Shown: piece after piece, positions 54,646 to 63,351 of the stretch
How the letters are laid out: each line of letters begins with the position of its first letter
How positions within the stretch are numbered: the stretch's first letter is position 1
Virus record (IMG/VR): IMGVR_UViG_2675903060_000001
Coordinates: 32,001-96,000 of that record
Source: a virus
Lineage: Duplodnaviria; Caudoviricetes
DNA length: 64,000 nt
Reading direction: 5' to 3' (one strand)
Program-made: the position numbers and the translations under genes
Notes under the pieces: generated by a model
The model's input: only the letters and a program-made list of their open reading frames with translations
The model's database searches: none
What the model was told of the DNA's origin: nothing

Positions 54646-54936
54646 ATGTCCTACTTCGAGGACGACTACGGCACCGAGATGGAAGCGATCGAGGACGAGC
54701 GGCGCAACGCCGACCTGGAGCAGGCCCAGATGGAGCGCGAGGGCAACCGCCTCGCCGCCCTCCGCAGGCGGGGCATCTGCACGCACGGCTCGGTCGTCGG
54801 CTACGTCGGCAAGGTCATCTACCCCGAGCAGGAGGGACTGCAGCCGGGCCAGTCCCGCTGCACCGAGGGCACCGGCGGCTGCAAGCGGATCTTCAACTCC
54901 GACGCCGAGTGGTACGCCGCCCAGGACGCGCTGTGA
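54646..54936 (+). CDS. Hypothetical Zn-binding protein
   Basis: GGAG RBS; CTH...C....GC..F. Confidence 0.7.
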   Translation: MSYFEDDYGTEMEAIEDERRNADLEQAQMEREGNRLAALRRRGICTHGSVVGYVGKVIYPEQEGLQPGQSRCTEGTGGCKRIFNSDAEWYAAQDAL

Positions 54937-55079
54937 CCGCCCTGTTCGATCTCGACCAGCCGTGCCCCAAGTGCGGCGCCGCCGCGGGCGTCGAGTGTGA
55001 CCCCGACTGCCTGCTCATGCAGGACCCCGCCGACTGGTTCGACGGCCTAGAGATCTCCGACGCCGACCCTGGCCTGTGA
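54933..55079 (+). CDS. Small Zn-finger protein (not in ORF track)
   Basis: GTGA overlap; QPCPKCGAAAGVECDPDC. Confidence 0.55.
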   Translation: MTALFDLDQPCPKCGAAAGVECDPDCLLMQDPADWFDGLEISDADPGL

Positions 55080-55093
55080 CAAGGAGGACCGTG

Positions 55094-55747
55094 ATGGACA
55101 AGCTCGTCGCGACCGGCAACCCGATCGTGGACGCCTACCTGAAGGTCGCCCGCGCCATGCTGGTGCCGCAGGCCATGCTCGAAGCCGCCGAAACCGTTCT
55201 CGACCGGGCGCAACAGGCCGACGCCGAGAAGCACGGGTTCCACGGCACGGCCGAGCGCCGCCAGCGAGCCGAGCGCGCCTACGACGAGGCCAACCGGCAG
55301 GCGTGCGCGGCCCGCCGTCCCGAGGATCACGCGAAGGAGTCCGCACGCGACGCTGACCCCCACCTGTACGCCCTTGCCGCGGCTGAGGTCGAACGCATGT
55401 GGGAGTCGTTCTACGCCCGCAAGTACAGCACCGACCCGGCCCCCAGGTGGAGCGCCGACTGGCAGGCCAAGGCGCTGTCCACGGTGCCGACCCGGTGGGA
55501 CGAGCTGGAGCCCGGCGCCGAGATCCACCTCACATACGAGACCACCGGGCAGACCATCGTGTGGCGGTTCGCCGGACTCGGCGACGTCCACCCCGACAAC
55601 TCCGATCTGCGGATCGCCCGCTACACCGAGCACGGCTCGTGGCGGGACTCCGGCCAGGTTGTCGAGCTCGCCGTGCCGCCGGGCAACCGTGTGGCGGCGC
55701 ACGTGAAGACGCCGCACATGACGATCGTCTCGTCGGGGCGGTTCTGA
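55094..55747 (+). CDS. Hypothetical protein
   Basis: AAGGAGG RBS. Confidence 0.7.
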   Translation: MDKLVATGNPIVDAYLKVARAMLVPQAMLEAAETVLDRAQQADAEKHGFHGTAERRQRAERAYDEANRQACAARRPEDHAKESARDADPHLYALAAAEVERMWESFYARKYSTDPAPRWSADWQAKALSTVPTRWDELEPGAEIHLTYETTGQTIVWRFAGLGDVHPDNSDLRIARYTEHGSWRDSGQVVELAVPPGNRVAAHVKTPHMTIVSSGRF

Positions 55748-55899
55748 TGCCTGAGTGGATTCGCGACGACCTGGTCAACCTGGCCGCCGTCATCGGGGTC
55801 GCCCTGGACGACCCGGCCGCTGACCACACGGCCATGCTCCAGCACGCCCACGAGGACCTGAAGCGCATCCTCGCCGAGGACGGGCGGGACAGCCGATGA
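55747..55899 (+). CDS. Hypothetical protein
   Basis: Overlaps both neighbours (TGATG and ATGA). Confidence 0.55.
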   Translation: MPEWIRDDLVNLAAVIGVALDDPAADHTAMLQHAHEDLKRILAEDGRDSR

Positions 55900-56519
55900 A
55901 CCTCACCTCGAAAATCGACGCCTGCAAGGCGCTCATCCACCACCCCAAAACCCCCGAGGAGGAACGCGAGGCCGCCCGCCGCCTCCTGGTCCGCCTCCAG
56001 GCCCGCGCCCAGCGCGACGGCCACAACGACGGCGCCGCGCCCGGCACGCCCGGCTACCACGGGCCAGGCCGCCGCGCGTACGGGGCCAAGTACACCGGCT
56101 ACATCCGGTCCGCCGCGCTGACCAAACTCATCCGCGCCGACATCGCCGTCCTGCGCAAGCTCGGGCGCCAGCCGGCCAGGCCGGGCGAGGTGAAGGCGCC
56201 CGAACCGATCGGGGACGCCCCCGCGAGCATCCGCTTCTCAGTGAAGAAGGACGACTACGCGGGCGGCCGGTCGATCGACATCACCATCACGGGCGTGCCC
56301 GCCGACTGGTGGATCGACCAGCCGGACCCCTACGACTCGACCATGAAGTGGCGGAAGGCCGGGCCGCAGCTCACCGCACTGAAGGAAGCCCTTCAAGAGA
56401 TCACGTGGGCGTACAACTACGACGGCTCCGACCTGCTCACGGACTACCACGACCGCAACTTCTACGACCACTACCGGGCAGACGGCCACGGCGAGGGCGA
56501 CTACCCGCGCGACATCTGA
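55896..56519 (+). CDS. DUF2786-like N-terminus plus LPD29-like domain protein
   Basis: KIDACKALIHHPKTPEEEREAARRLL; IRFSVK.DDYAGGRSIDI; YNYDGSDL.TDY.D.NFY. Confidence 0.6.
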   Translation: MNLTSKIDACKALIHHPKTPEEEREAARRLLVRLQARAQRDGHNDGAAPGTPGYHGPGRRAYGAKYTGYIRSAALTKLIRADIAVLRKLGRQPARPGEVKAPEPIGDAPASIRFSVKKDDYAGGRSIDITITGVPADWWIDQPDPYDSTMKWRKAGPQLTALKEALQEITWAYNYDGSDLLTDYHDRNFYDHYRADGHGEGDYPRDI

Positions 56520-56582
56520 CCTGCTGGCGCTGACGCGCCACCGTCAGCGCCAGCACCCCACCACCACCGAGGAAGGCGAACG

Positions 56583-56867
56583 ATGACCTACCCGCCACTG
56601 CCAGCCGAACCCACCTGGGCCGACCTCGTCCCCGGCGACCGGATCGACCTGACCAACAGCACGAACCCCGACATCCGCTTCACGTGGACCATCCGCGCCG
56701 CCGTCGAGCCCATCACCGACAGGCCCGGCCACGTGACCGTGCCGTTCTACTCCAGCACCGACCCCACCCGGCCGCAGACGTTCCCCGAGCAGGGCGACCG
56801 GCTCGTGACCGACATCGGCGGGTGCGAGGTGGCTGTCCGGCCCTCTCCGGAGCGGAGGGCGCGATGA
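56583..56867 (+). CDS. Hypothetical protein
   Basis: WADLVPGDRI motif. Confidence 0.6.
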   Translation: MTYPPLPAEPTWADLVPGDRIDLTNSTNPDIRFTWTIRAAVEPITDRPGHVTVPFYSSTDPTRPQTFPEQGDRLVTDIGGCEVAVRPSPERRAR

Positions 56868-57505
56868 GCCGCCACCAGGACCTGCTGACCACGAAAGCGC
56901 TGCTGACGAGGTGGGACCTCACCCGCGGCTGCGACGATGCCCAGCTCACGGTCAAGCTCGTCCGCGACCGCTGGTCGCTCCTCGTCCTCTACAGCGGAGA
57001 CACGCCGACCAGCGCGTGGGTGCTGCCGCCGGGCGGCGCCGACTACGACAGCATCGACGTGCCTCACGTCGATCGGTGGATGAAGTGCAGCTCGGAGGAG
57101 ATGGCGCTGTACGAGATCGGCGAGCGCGTCACCGTGGGCGGCCGGGCCGGGACCGTCGTCGGCTTCGGGCTGGAGGAGCGGCCCCCGGCCGCCGGCCCGT
57201 GGCGGTTCCGGCTCCGGGTCGTGTACGACGACGGCGTGGACGGCGACCCGCGCCCGGCCAGCGTTGTGCATCTCGCTCCGGCTCCGGCTGAGGCGGGGGA
57301 GTGCGAGGGCTGGCTGTGCGGCGAGGTCGGCGCGCTGATGTGTCTCACCCGCGCGTACGGCGTCCACGACGGCCCGATCGAGCGGAAGACGCTGTGCGAG
57401 TTCCACGCCAAGCACGGGGACCGGCGGCTGACCGTCGTCCGGGTCCTGCACGAAATCGTCACCCAGGCCGTCGCAGTGGCGGCCGACGATCGGAGGAAGG
57501 CATGA
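56864..57505 (+). CDS. Hypothetical protein
   Basis: ATGA overlap; C...C...LCEFH. Confidence 0.65.
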   Translation: MSRHQDLLTTKALLTRWDLTRGCDDAQLTVKLVRDRWSLLVLYSGDTPTSAWVLPPGGADYDSIDVPHVDRWMKCSSEEMALYEIGERVTVGGRAGTVVGFGLEERPPAAGPWRFRLRVVYDDGVDGDPRPASVVHLAPAPAEAGECEGWLCGEVGALMCLTRAYGVHDGPIERKTLCEFHAKHGDRRLTVVRVLHEIVTQAVAVAADDRRKA

Positions 57506-57786
57506 GCAAGGTCTACGTGAAGGGCGGCGACGTGGTCACCGTCTACGGCAAGTCCAGCGAGGCGGGCATGCACATCGGGTTCGCTGGACACCGGCTGGAG
57601 GTGGAGATCCACGACCACGGCGACGGTCGTCTCTACCCGGCCATCCGCAGCAAGCACAGCCCCGGCTACCCGCTGACCGGCTGCTCCATGAGCGAGGTCG
57701 CGTTCTACCACGACAACGAAGGCGGCTGGTTCTACTTCCAGGACGACGCCGACAGGGCTCAGCAGGCACCCGAGTGGAACGGCTGA
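57502..57786 (+). CDS. Hypothetical protein
   Basis: ATGA overlap; GGAGG RBS. Confidence 0.65.
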   Translation: MSKVYVKGGDVVTVYGKSSEAGMHIGFAGHRLEVEIHDHGDGRLYPAIRSKHSPGYPLTGCSMSEVAFYHDNEGGWFYFQDDADRAQQAPEWNG

Positions 57787-57793
57787 GCAACAG

Positions 57794-58234
57794 ATGACGG
57801 ATCTCCTCGCCGACGCGCCGGAGCTGACCCCGGCCGACCTGATCCGCGACGCCATCGACCTGATGCGCGCCACGTGGCGGGTACGGGGCGACTTCGTCAT
57901 CGGCCGCCTCACGACCGGCCACGGCTTCTGCCCGGTCGGCGCGATGAGCGCAATCGCCGGAGACGTGTTCGTTCGCGGGGTGCCGCAGCGCCGCGTCCAG
58001 GTCGTCCGGGACACGCTGTCGTGGCTCGTGACCTTCCACCGGCTGCCCCGCTCCAAGCCGGAGGTCGCGGCCGGGGCCGACGATTCGCGCATGGCGTACG
58101 CGCGTGTCGCCGAGTGGGCCGACTCGTTCCCCGAGTCGGCCGACGATGAGCTGTACGCCGCCCTGGATGCCGCCGCCGCCGCGTGGCGGCCCCGTTCGAC
58201 CCTCACCAGCACCACCAACAGGAGAAATTCATGA
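57794..58234 (+). CDS. Hypothetical protein (FCxxGA motif, DUF6197-like)
   Basis: W.VRGDF...GFCPVGAM...EWAD...LDAAA. Confidence 0.6.
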   Translation: MTDLLADAPELTPADLIRDAIDLMRATWRVRGDFVIGRLTTGHGFCPVGAMSAIAGDVFVRGVPQRRVQVVRDTLSWLVTFHRLPRSKPEVAAGADDSRMAYARVAEWADSFPESADDELYAALDAAAAAWRPRSTLTSTTNRRNS

Positions 58235-58752
58235 CCGCGTTCATCACCGACCCCGCCGACGTGCACGCTCAGCGCGCCTGGCGCGGGTTCGACCGCATCA
58301 CCGCGGCCGACGAGATCGGGTACGAGTCCTCCACCGTCGCCGCGCCCGGCTGGTTGCAGTCCGAGTTTCGCACCCGGTGCGGCACCGGCTGCTGCTACGC
58401 GGGCCACGTCGCCCTCGACAACGGCGGAGTGTGGGTCGTGGAGATCACTCCCAACGGCGAGATGGTCATCGACGGCACGCCCGTGACCAAGCACGACGAC
58501 CAGGAGCTGCCCTGGGCGCTGTGGGAGTACATGCTCGCCGAGCCCGACGACCCGGAGTCGGCCATCGAGACGGTACGCGGCAAGCGGGTCGTCCACGTGT
58601 CCACGCGAGCGGAACGTCTGCTTGGGCTCCCTCTCGGCCTGGCTCACTGCTTCTTCGCCAGCGGCAACGGCAGGTTCACGCTCGAACGGCTCATCACCGA
58701 CCGCTTCGGCCCGCGCAACACCGTTGGCGGAACCGACAACGAAGGAGTCTGA
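58231..58752 (+). CDS. Phage protein (CGTxxCxAG family), paralog 1
   Basis: Q..F...CGTGCCYAGH...AERLLGL. Confidence 0.7.
   Translation: MTAFITDPADVHAQRAWRGFDRITAADEIGYESSTVAAPGWLQSEFRTRCGTGCCYAGHVALDNGGVWVVEITPNGEMVIDGTPVTKHDDQELPWALWEYMLAEPDDPESAIETVRGKRVVHVSTRAERLLGLPLGLAHCFFASGNGRFTLERLITDRFGPRNTVGGTDNEGV
58723..58740. promoter_or_regulatory. 18-bp palindromic site, copy 7 (GTTGGCGGAACCGACAAC)
   Basis: Consensus match, just before the RBS of 58755. Confidence 0.65.
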
Positions 58753-58754
58753 CC

Positions 58755-59276
58755 ATGAACACCCCGACCGCTCACCTGCGCAACCGGGCGCTGCTCGCCG
58801 CCATCATCGACCGGATCGAGACCGACACCGCCGCCCTCGGACGCCTGGAGGCCAGCGAGGAGCCGTTCACCTCCTGGTACCAGGGCTACTGGCGCGAGCA
58901 CATCACCCGGAACGGCCGGTGCGGCACGAACCTGTGCGCGGCGGGCTACGCCATCGAACTGACCGGCGGCACGTGGCTGACCACCCGCACCACGGAGGGA
59001 ACCTTCCTCGCCGGGAGGCTCCTCCCCGACTACCAGTCGTCCTGGTGGGCCGAATACGTCCTGGCCGACGACACCGACCCCGAGGACGAGATCACGGTCA
59101 TCGACGGGAACCGCGTGGTCAAGGCGGAGGACCGGGCGATGCGGCTCCTCGGCCTCGAACGCTCGTGGGACGGCTTTGACGCCGACGACGAGCACGACAT
59201 CGAGCTGCACCCGCTGTTCCGGGGCCACAACACCCTGGACGACCTGCGCGGCTGGCTCGACCGGCTCCCCGCCTGA
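58755..59276 (+). CDS. Phage protein (CGTxxCxAG family), paralog 2
   Basis: WYQGYW...CGTNLCAAGY...AMRLLGL...LF..HN.LDDL. Confidence 0.7.
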   Translation: MNTPTAHLRNRALLAAIIDRIETDTAALGRLEASEEPFTSWYQGYWREHITRNGRCGTNLCAAGYAIELTGGTWLTTRTTEGTFLAGRLLPDYQSSWWAEYVLADDTDPEDEITVIDGNRVVKAEDRAMRLLGLERSWDGFDADDEHDIELHPLFRGHNTLDDLRGWLDRLPA

Positions 59277-59353
59277 CCCCTCACCGGCTGGCCCGCGCCG
59301 CGCGGGCCGGCCACCCCACCACCACGAGAGGAAGCCCTGTGGCAAGAAGCGAC

Positions 59354-60616
59354 ATGACCGACGACGAACTGGCCGCCTGGAAGGCCCGCAAGGACGCCGG
59401 CCGGGCCCGCGCGTACGAAGCCGAGGTGAAGACCGCGACTCTCCTCCGAGACCACCCCGAGGCGATCGACGGGTTCCGCGTCTTCTGCGCCCGCATGGGC
59501 GGCTTCTACTCGATCCGCAACTGCATGCGCATCTACGGCCAGAACCCCAACGTCGCGCACGTTCAGCCGCGACGGTTCTGGGGCGGCTACGGCTTCAACC
59601 GCGAGGTGACCGACCCGAACGCGGCCATCTGGATCGTCGCGCCGAAGGTCGAGCGGACGTTCACCAAGGAGGTCAAGAACGAGCGGACGGGCCAGACCGA
59701 GGAAGTGGAGGACTCCTACAAGGTGTGGCCGATCGAGGACATCTACCCGTCCGCGGCGACCGCGCCGAAGGGCGGACCCTGCGTGTTCTGCAACGGCCCC
59801 GAGGGCGAACCGTGCCCCGACTCCTGCCCGGTACGGCAGCCGCAGTCCGGGCCTCCCCCCACGCGGGAAGACGTGGCCGAGGCGGTGGCCGACGTCCTCA
59901 AGAAGCTCGGCGGGTTCGACGCCTCCGTGCTCACCACGCTCGGGCCAGATCCGATGCGGGACGGCTACGGCGATCCGTACGAGACGCCCGGCGTCCGCTG
60001 GGGGACCATCTCGGTCACGACGGGCGCGACGAACCGGAGCGGCAAGCCGAGGAAGCGCAGCTACCGATTCCTGCACACGGTGGACCTCGACCGGCCCGGC
60101 GTCCGGTACGCCATCGCGGGGCTCGGCGTCATCTGGATCAGCCCGTACGAGCTCCGCAACGACACCGGCAACGGCCACGCGGCGGTCACCATCCAGTACG
60201 GCGACGACGTGCCCGCCGCCGACCGGCACTGGGACAGCCGCTTCCACAAGGAGGGGCCACACGCCCCCGTCCTCAACGGCATCACGTTCGCCGGAACGTC
60301 GCTGGTCTACCCGCACGAGGAGCGGTGGCGCTGGTTCTCCCCGAACCGCGCCGGCTACGGCGAGGTCACCGAGGGCGCGGCCGAGAAGATGGGCCAGATC
60401 CTCCGGCAGCTCCTCCCGCACTACCGGGGCCTGGTGGAGTTCGACGCCATCGAGGAGGCCGGGTTCCGCAAGCGCGCCGCGCGCCGGGCGCGTGAAGCGG
60501 ACCATGAGGCCAAGCGGCTCGCCGAGCGCGAGCAGGAGCTGGCCGAGCAGCGCGCCGACGCGGAGCAGCGAGCGGCCGACCACCGCCACCAGGCCGCCAA
60601 CCCGAACGAGCTGTAG
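59354..60616 (+). CDS. ArdC-like N-terminal ssDNA-binding domain protein
   Basis: F...M..FYSIRNCMRIYGQNPN..HV....W...AIWIVAP pattern; C-terminal coiled coil. Confidence 0.55.
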   Translation: MTDDELAAWKARKDAGRARAYEAEVKTATLLRDHPEAIDGFRVFCARMGGFYSIRNCMRIYGQNPNVAHVQPRRFWGGYGFNREVTDPNAAIWIVAPKVERTFTKEVKNERTGQTEEVEDSYKVWPIEDIYPSAATAPKGGPCVFCNGPEGEPCPDSCPVRQPQSGPPPTREDVAEAVADVLKKLGGFDASVLTTLGPDPMRDGYGDPYETPGVRWGTISVTTGATNRSGKPRKRSYRFLHTVDLDRPGVRYAIAGLGVIWISPYELRNDTGNGHAAVTIQYGDDVPAADRHWDSRFHKEGPHAPVLNGITFAGTSLVYPHEERWRWFSPNRAGYGEVTEGAAEKMGQILRQLLPHYRGLVEFDAIEEAGFRKRAARRAREADHEAKRLAEREQELAEQRADAEQRAADHRHQAANPNEL

Positions 60617-60716
60617 GCGCGAGCCCGTCCCAACCGGGCTCGCGCCACACACCGATCGTACGAGCTCCCGCCCACCAGCGGGCGGGAGCATCCTCAACCG
60701 AGAGGGAGCAACCACG

Positions 60717-61175
60717 ATGAAGCTCGCAGCGCTCGCCGTCGCAGCGCTTCTCACCGTCCAGCCCGCCGGATGCGGCGGCAAGGGCACCACCACCGACCCG
60801 TACAAGCCCGGCGCGCTCGGGTGCGAGCGGGCCGTGCACGTCGAGGCCGTTCGCATCGGGTCAGCGGAACCGCGGGTCCGCGTCCTCGTCAACGAGGAAT
60901 GCACCGACCCGTCCGGGATCGGCACGCAGCTCTTGTCCATCGACCTGGAGTACCGCGAGTCGTTGGGCGCCCCGTGGCTGGCCGTCAACAGCGCTCGGTT
61001 CCCGAACGTGGCCCCGGACCACCAGTACGTCCTCACCCACCACCCGTGCCTGTCCGGCCGCTACCGGGCGAAGGTCGGCGTGGCGGGCACGTTCGACACC
61101 GGCAAGGAGTACCGGGCCTCGGTGGAGGAGTCGGCGCGGATCAACTGCGACAAGCCGCGCGACATCTCCTCCTAG
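60717..61175 (+). CDS. Secreted/lipoprotein-like protein
   Basis: MKLAALAVAALL...AGC; GGAG RBS. Confidence 0.7.
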   Translation: MKLAALAVAALLTVQPAGCGGKGTTTDPYKPGALGCERAVHVEAVRIGSAEPRVRVLVNEECTDPSGIGTQLLSIDLEYRESLGAPWLAVNSARFPNVAPDHQYVLTHHPCLSGRYRAKVGVAGTFDTGKEYRASVEESARINCDKPRDISS

Positions 61176-61522
61176 CAGGGGCGCCACCAGCGGCGGCGGG
61201 CGGCGCGAGCGCGGAAACGCGCCTCGCCGTCCGGGTCGCCGCCGTACGGGCACCGCACCCGCAGCCTCGGGTGCGGCGGTACGACGCCGACCGCCCAGCA
61301 CGAAGCCGCGTCCGGCGCGGCGTGCGTGATGTTGCCGGTGGCGTACGCGGGCGGCTCGTCCCGGTCCGGCGTCTCGCCAGGCCACACGCCCCACCCGTCG
61401 CCCCACCAGGCGACCGTCCACACCTGCACAGCTTCCACGAATCCGATCGTACGGCCCCGCCCGCCGGCGGGCGGGGCCATCCCCACCACCACACCGCCAC
61501 ACCCAAGGAAGGGAGGGGAGCA

Positions 61523-62155
61523 GTGGCCAACGCTGCGATCCCCATCCATCTCGCCCACGTCCCCACCCACAACGGGATGGTCATCCCGTACATCACCCTC
61601 CGCCACGCGGACGGTACCCCCGAACTGGGCCGCGTCGATCACAACCTGGTCGCCGAATGCCTCACCGGCCGCCGCTGCCAGCTCTGCGCCCGCCCCCTCG
61701 ACACCGGCGCCGACGCCGCCGCGGTAGTGATGGCCCGGCCGATGGACTTCGGATACGGGTACGTCCCCGAGCCCGCCCAGCACCCCGAGTGCGCCGCCTA
61801 CGCGATCCGAGCGTGCCCGATGCTGTCGGGCCGGCTGCCGCGTCTGCGTGACCGGACCCGGCCGCAGCGACGCCAGTGCACCGCCGTGGCGGCGTGCTGG
61901 TGCGGCCTGGACGAGCCGCCCAGCGTGGACGCCATCGTCCGGTCCGGCCGCCCGGCGACGCCGTGGTACTCGGTCCGGTTCCCCATGACGGAGTACGAGC
62001 TGCTGATGACGGCGCGACAAGGGCCGCGCGGCATCTCCCTCCACGCCCTCACCAACCCGAAGATCCGGCTCGTGTCCTGGGGCGACCCGGAATGGGACGA
62101 CATGGGCCGCGCCGTGGTGTACGGGCTGCCCCTCCCGGACGGAGCCGACTCGTGA
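61523..62155 (+). CDS. Conserved actinomycete MGE Cys-rich protein
   Basis: VIPYIT...CL..RRCQLCARPL...EPAQHPECAAYA..ACPML. Confidence 0.7.
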   Translation: MANAAIPIHLAHVPTHNGMVIPYITLRHADGTPELGRVDHNLVAECLTGRRCQLCARPLDTGADAAAVVMARPMDFGYGYVPEPAQHPECAAYAIRACPMLSGRLPRLRDRTRPQRRQCTAVAACWCGLDEPPSVDAIVRSGRPATPWYSVRFPMTEYELLMTARQGPRGISLHALTNPKIRLVSWGDPEWDDMGRAVVYGLPLPDGADS

Positions 62156-63336
62156 TGAACGTCGTCTTCTCCTACGGCATGGGCGCCAACGGCACCGCGG
62201 CGCTCCTCCGCCTGCTGTTCGAGCCCGCCACCCGGCCGCCCGAGCTGGCCGACGACCTGTCCAACCTCATCGTCATTACCGCGCAGACGGGTGACGAGTT
62301 CCTGGACACCGCCGTCATGGTCGAACAGCACATCTACCCGCTGCTCGCCGCCCGGCGGGTGCGGACAGTGCAGGTCGCCCGCGCGGGCCACTACGAACGG
62401 GACGGCATCGTCGTCCTGGACGACACCCGCGAGCCGATCCTGTGCCTGACCAGCGGCGCGTACGCGCTGCTGGAGGAGATGACGAGCACCGCGACCGTAC
62501 CCCAGTCGAAGGACCGGAAGCACAGCCAGAAGTTCAAAGGCTGGGTCATCGACCAGTGGCTCAAGACGAACATCGGCGACGAGCCGTACCTGCACGTCAT
62601 GGGGTACGACGTGAGCGAGCCCGACCGGGTCGCCGGGGACCTGGCGCTCGGCCTCCCCAACAAGATCCCGTGGTATCCGCTCGTGGACTGGGGCTGGGAC
62701 TGGGACGCCTGCGAGCGCTACATCTTCGCCCGGCTCGGCGTGCGGTGGAAGCGCTCGCACTGCGTCGAGTGCCCGTTCGCGTTCTCCGTCACCAAGGGAG
62801 GCCGGGCGCGGACCATCCCGCGCCTGCTCGCGCACCCGCACCAGGCGATGGACGCGCTGACGATGGAGTACCTGGCCGTCGCCTGCAACCCCAAGCAGGG
62901 GCTGATCGCGGGCAAGGAGCAGCTCTACGACCTGATCGCCGACTGGCCGGGCGGCCCCATCCTGCTGAAGCTGTTCCACCACCACCTCGACGCCGCCGAG
63001 TGGGCGGTGTACGACGTGCAGCGCGGATTCGGCAGGAAGCCCGACGACCCGATGAAGCGCGGACAGCCGGCCCGCAGCATGCGCCCGCTCATCACCGGCA
63101 GCCGCACCGACATGCTCGCCCACCTGGAGCGCGCCGCCGGCCTGCTCGGGCGGCGGCTGGAGACGGACGGCCGCCACTGGCGGGTGTGGTGGCGGCGGCG
63201 CGGCATCTACTTCCCGACCGTCGAGCACCTGCTGACCGCCGCGCCCGCGCTGGCGCAGCACAAGACCAACTCCTCGTTCCCGAAGCTGTGGCGGGAGGGC
63301 CTGAAGGCCACCCGGCAGCTCGAACTCGCCATCTGA
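62155..63336 (+). CDS. PP-loop / PAPS-reductase-like protein
   Basis: VVFSYGMGANGTA, AQTGDE, SQKFKG, GYDVSE..R, YPLVDWGWD..AC, SHCVECPFA. Confidence 0.75.
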   Translation: MNVVFSYGMGANGTAALLRLLFEPATRPPELADDLSNLIVITAQTGDEFLDTAVMVEQHIYPLLAARRVRTVQVARAGHYERDGIVVLDDTREPILCLTSGAYALLEEMTSTATVPQSKDRKHSQKFKGWVIDQWLKTNIGDEPYLHVMGYDVSEPDRVAGDLALGLPNKIPWYPLVDWGWDWDACERYIFARLGVRWKRSHCVECPFAFSVTKGGRARTIPRLLAHPHQAMDALTMEYLAVACNPKQGLIAGKEQLYDLIADWPGGPILLKLFHHHLDAAEWAVYDVQRGFGRKPDDPMKRGQPARSMRPLITGSRTDMLAHLERAAGLLGRRLETDGRHWRVWWRRRGIYFPTVEHLLTAAPALAQHKTNSSFPKLWREGLKATRQLELAI

Positions 63337-63351
63337 CCGGAGGACCCTCGC

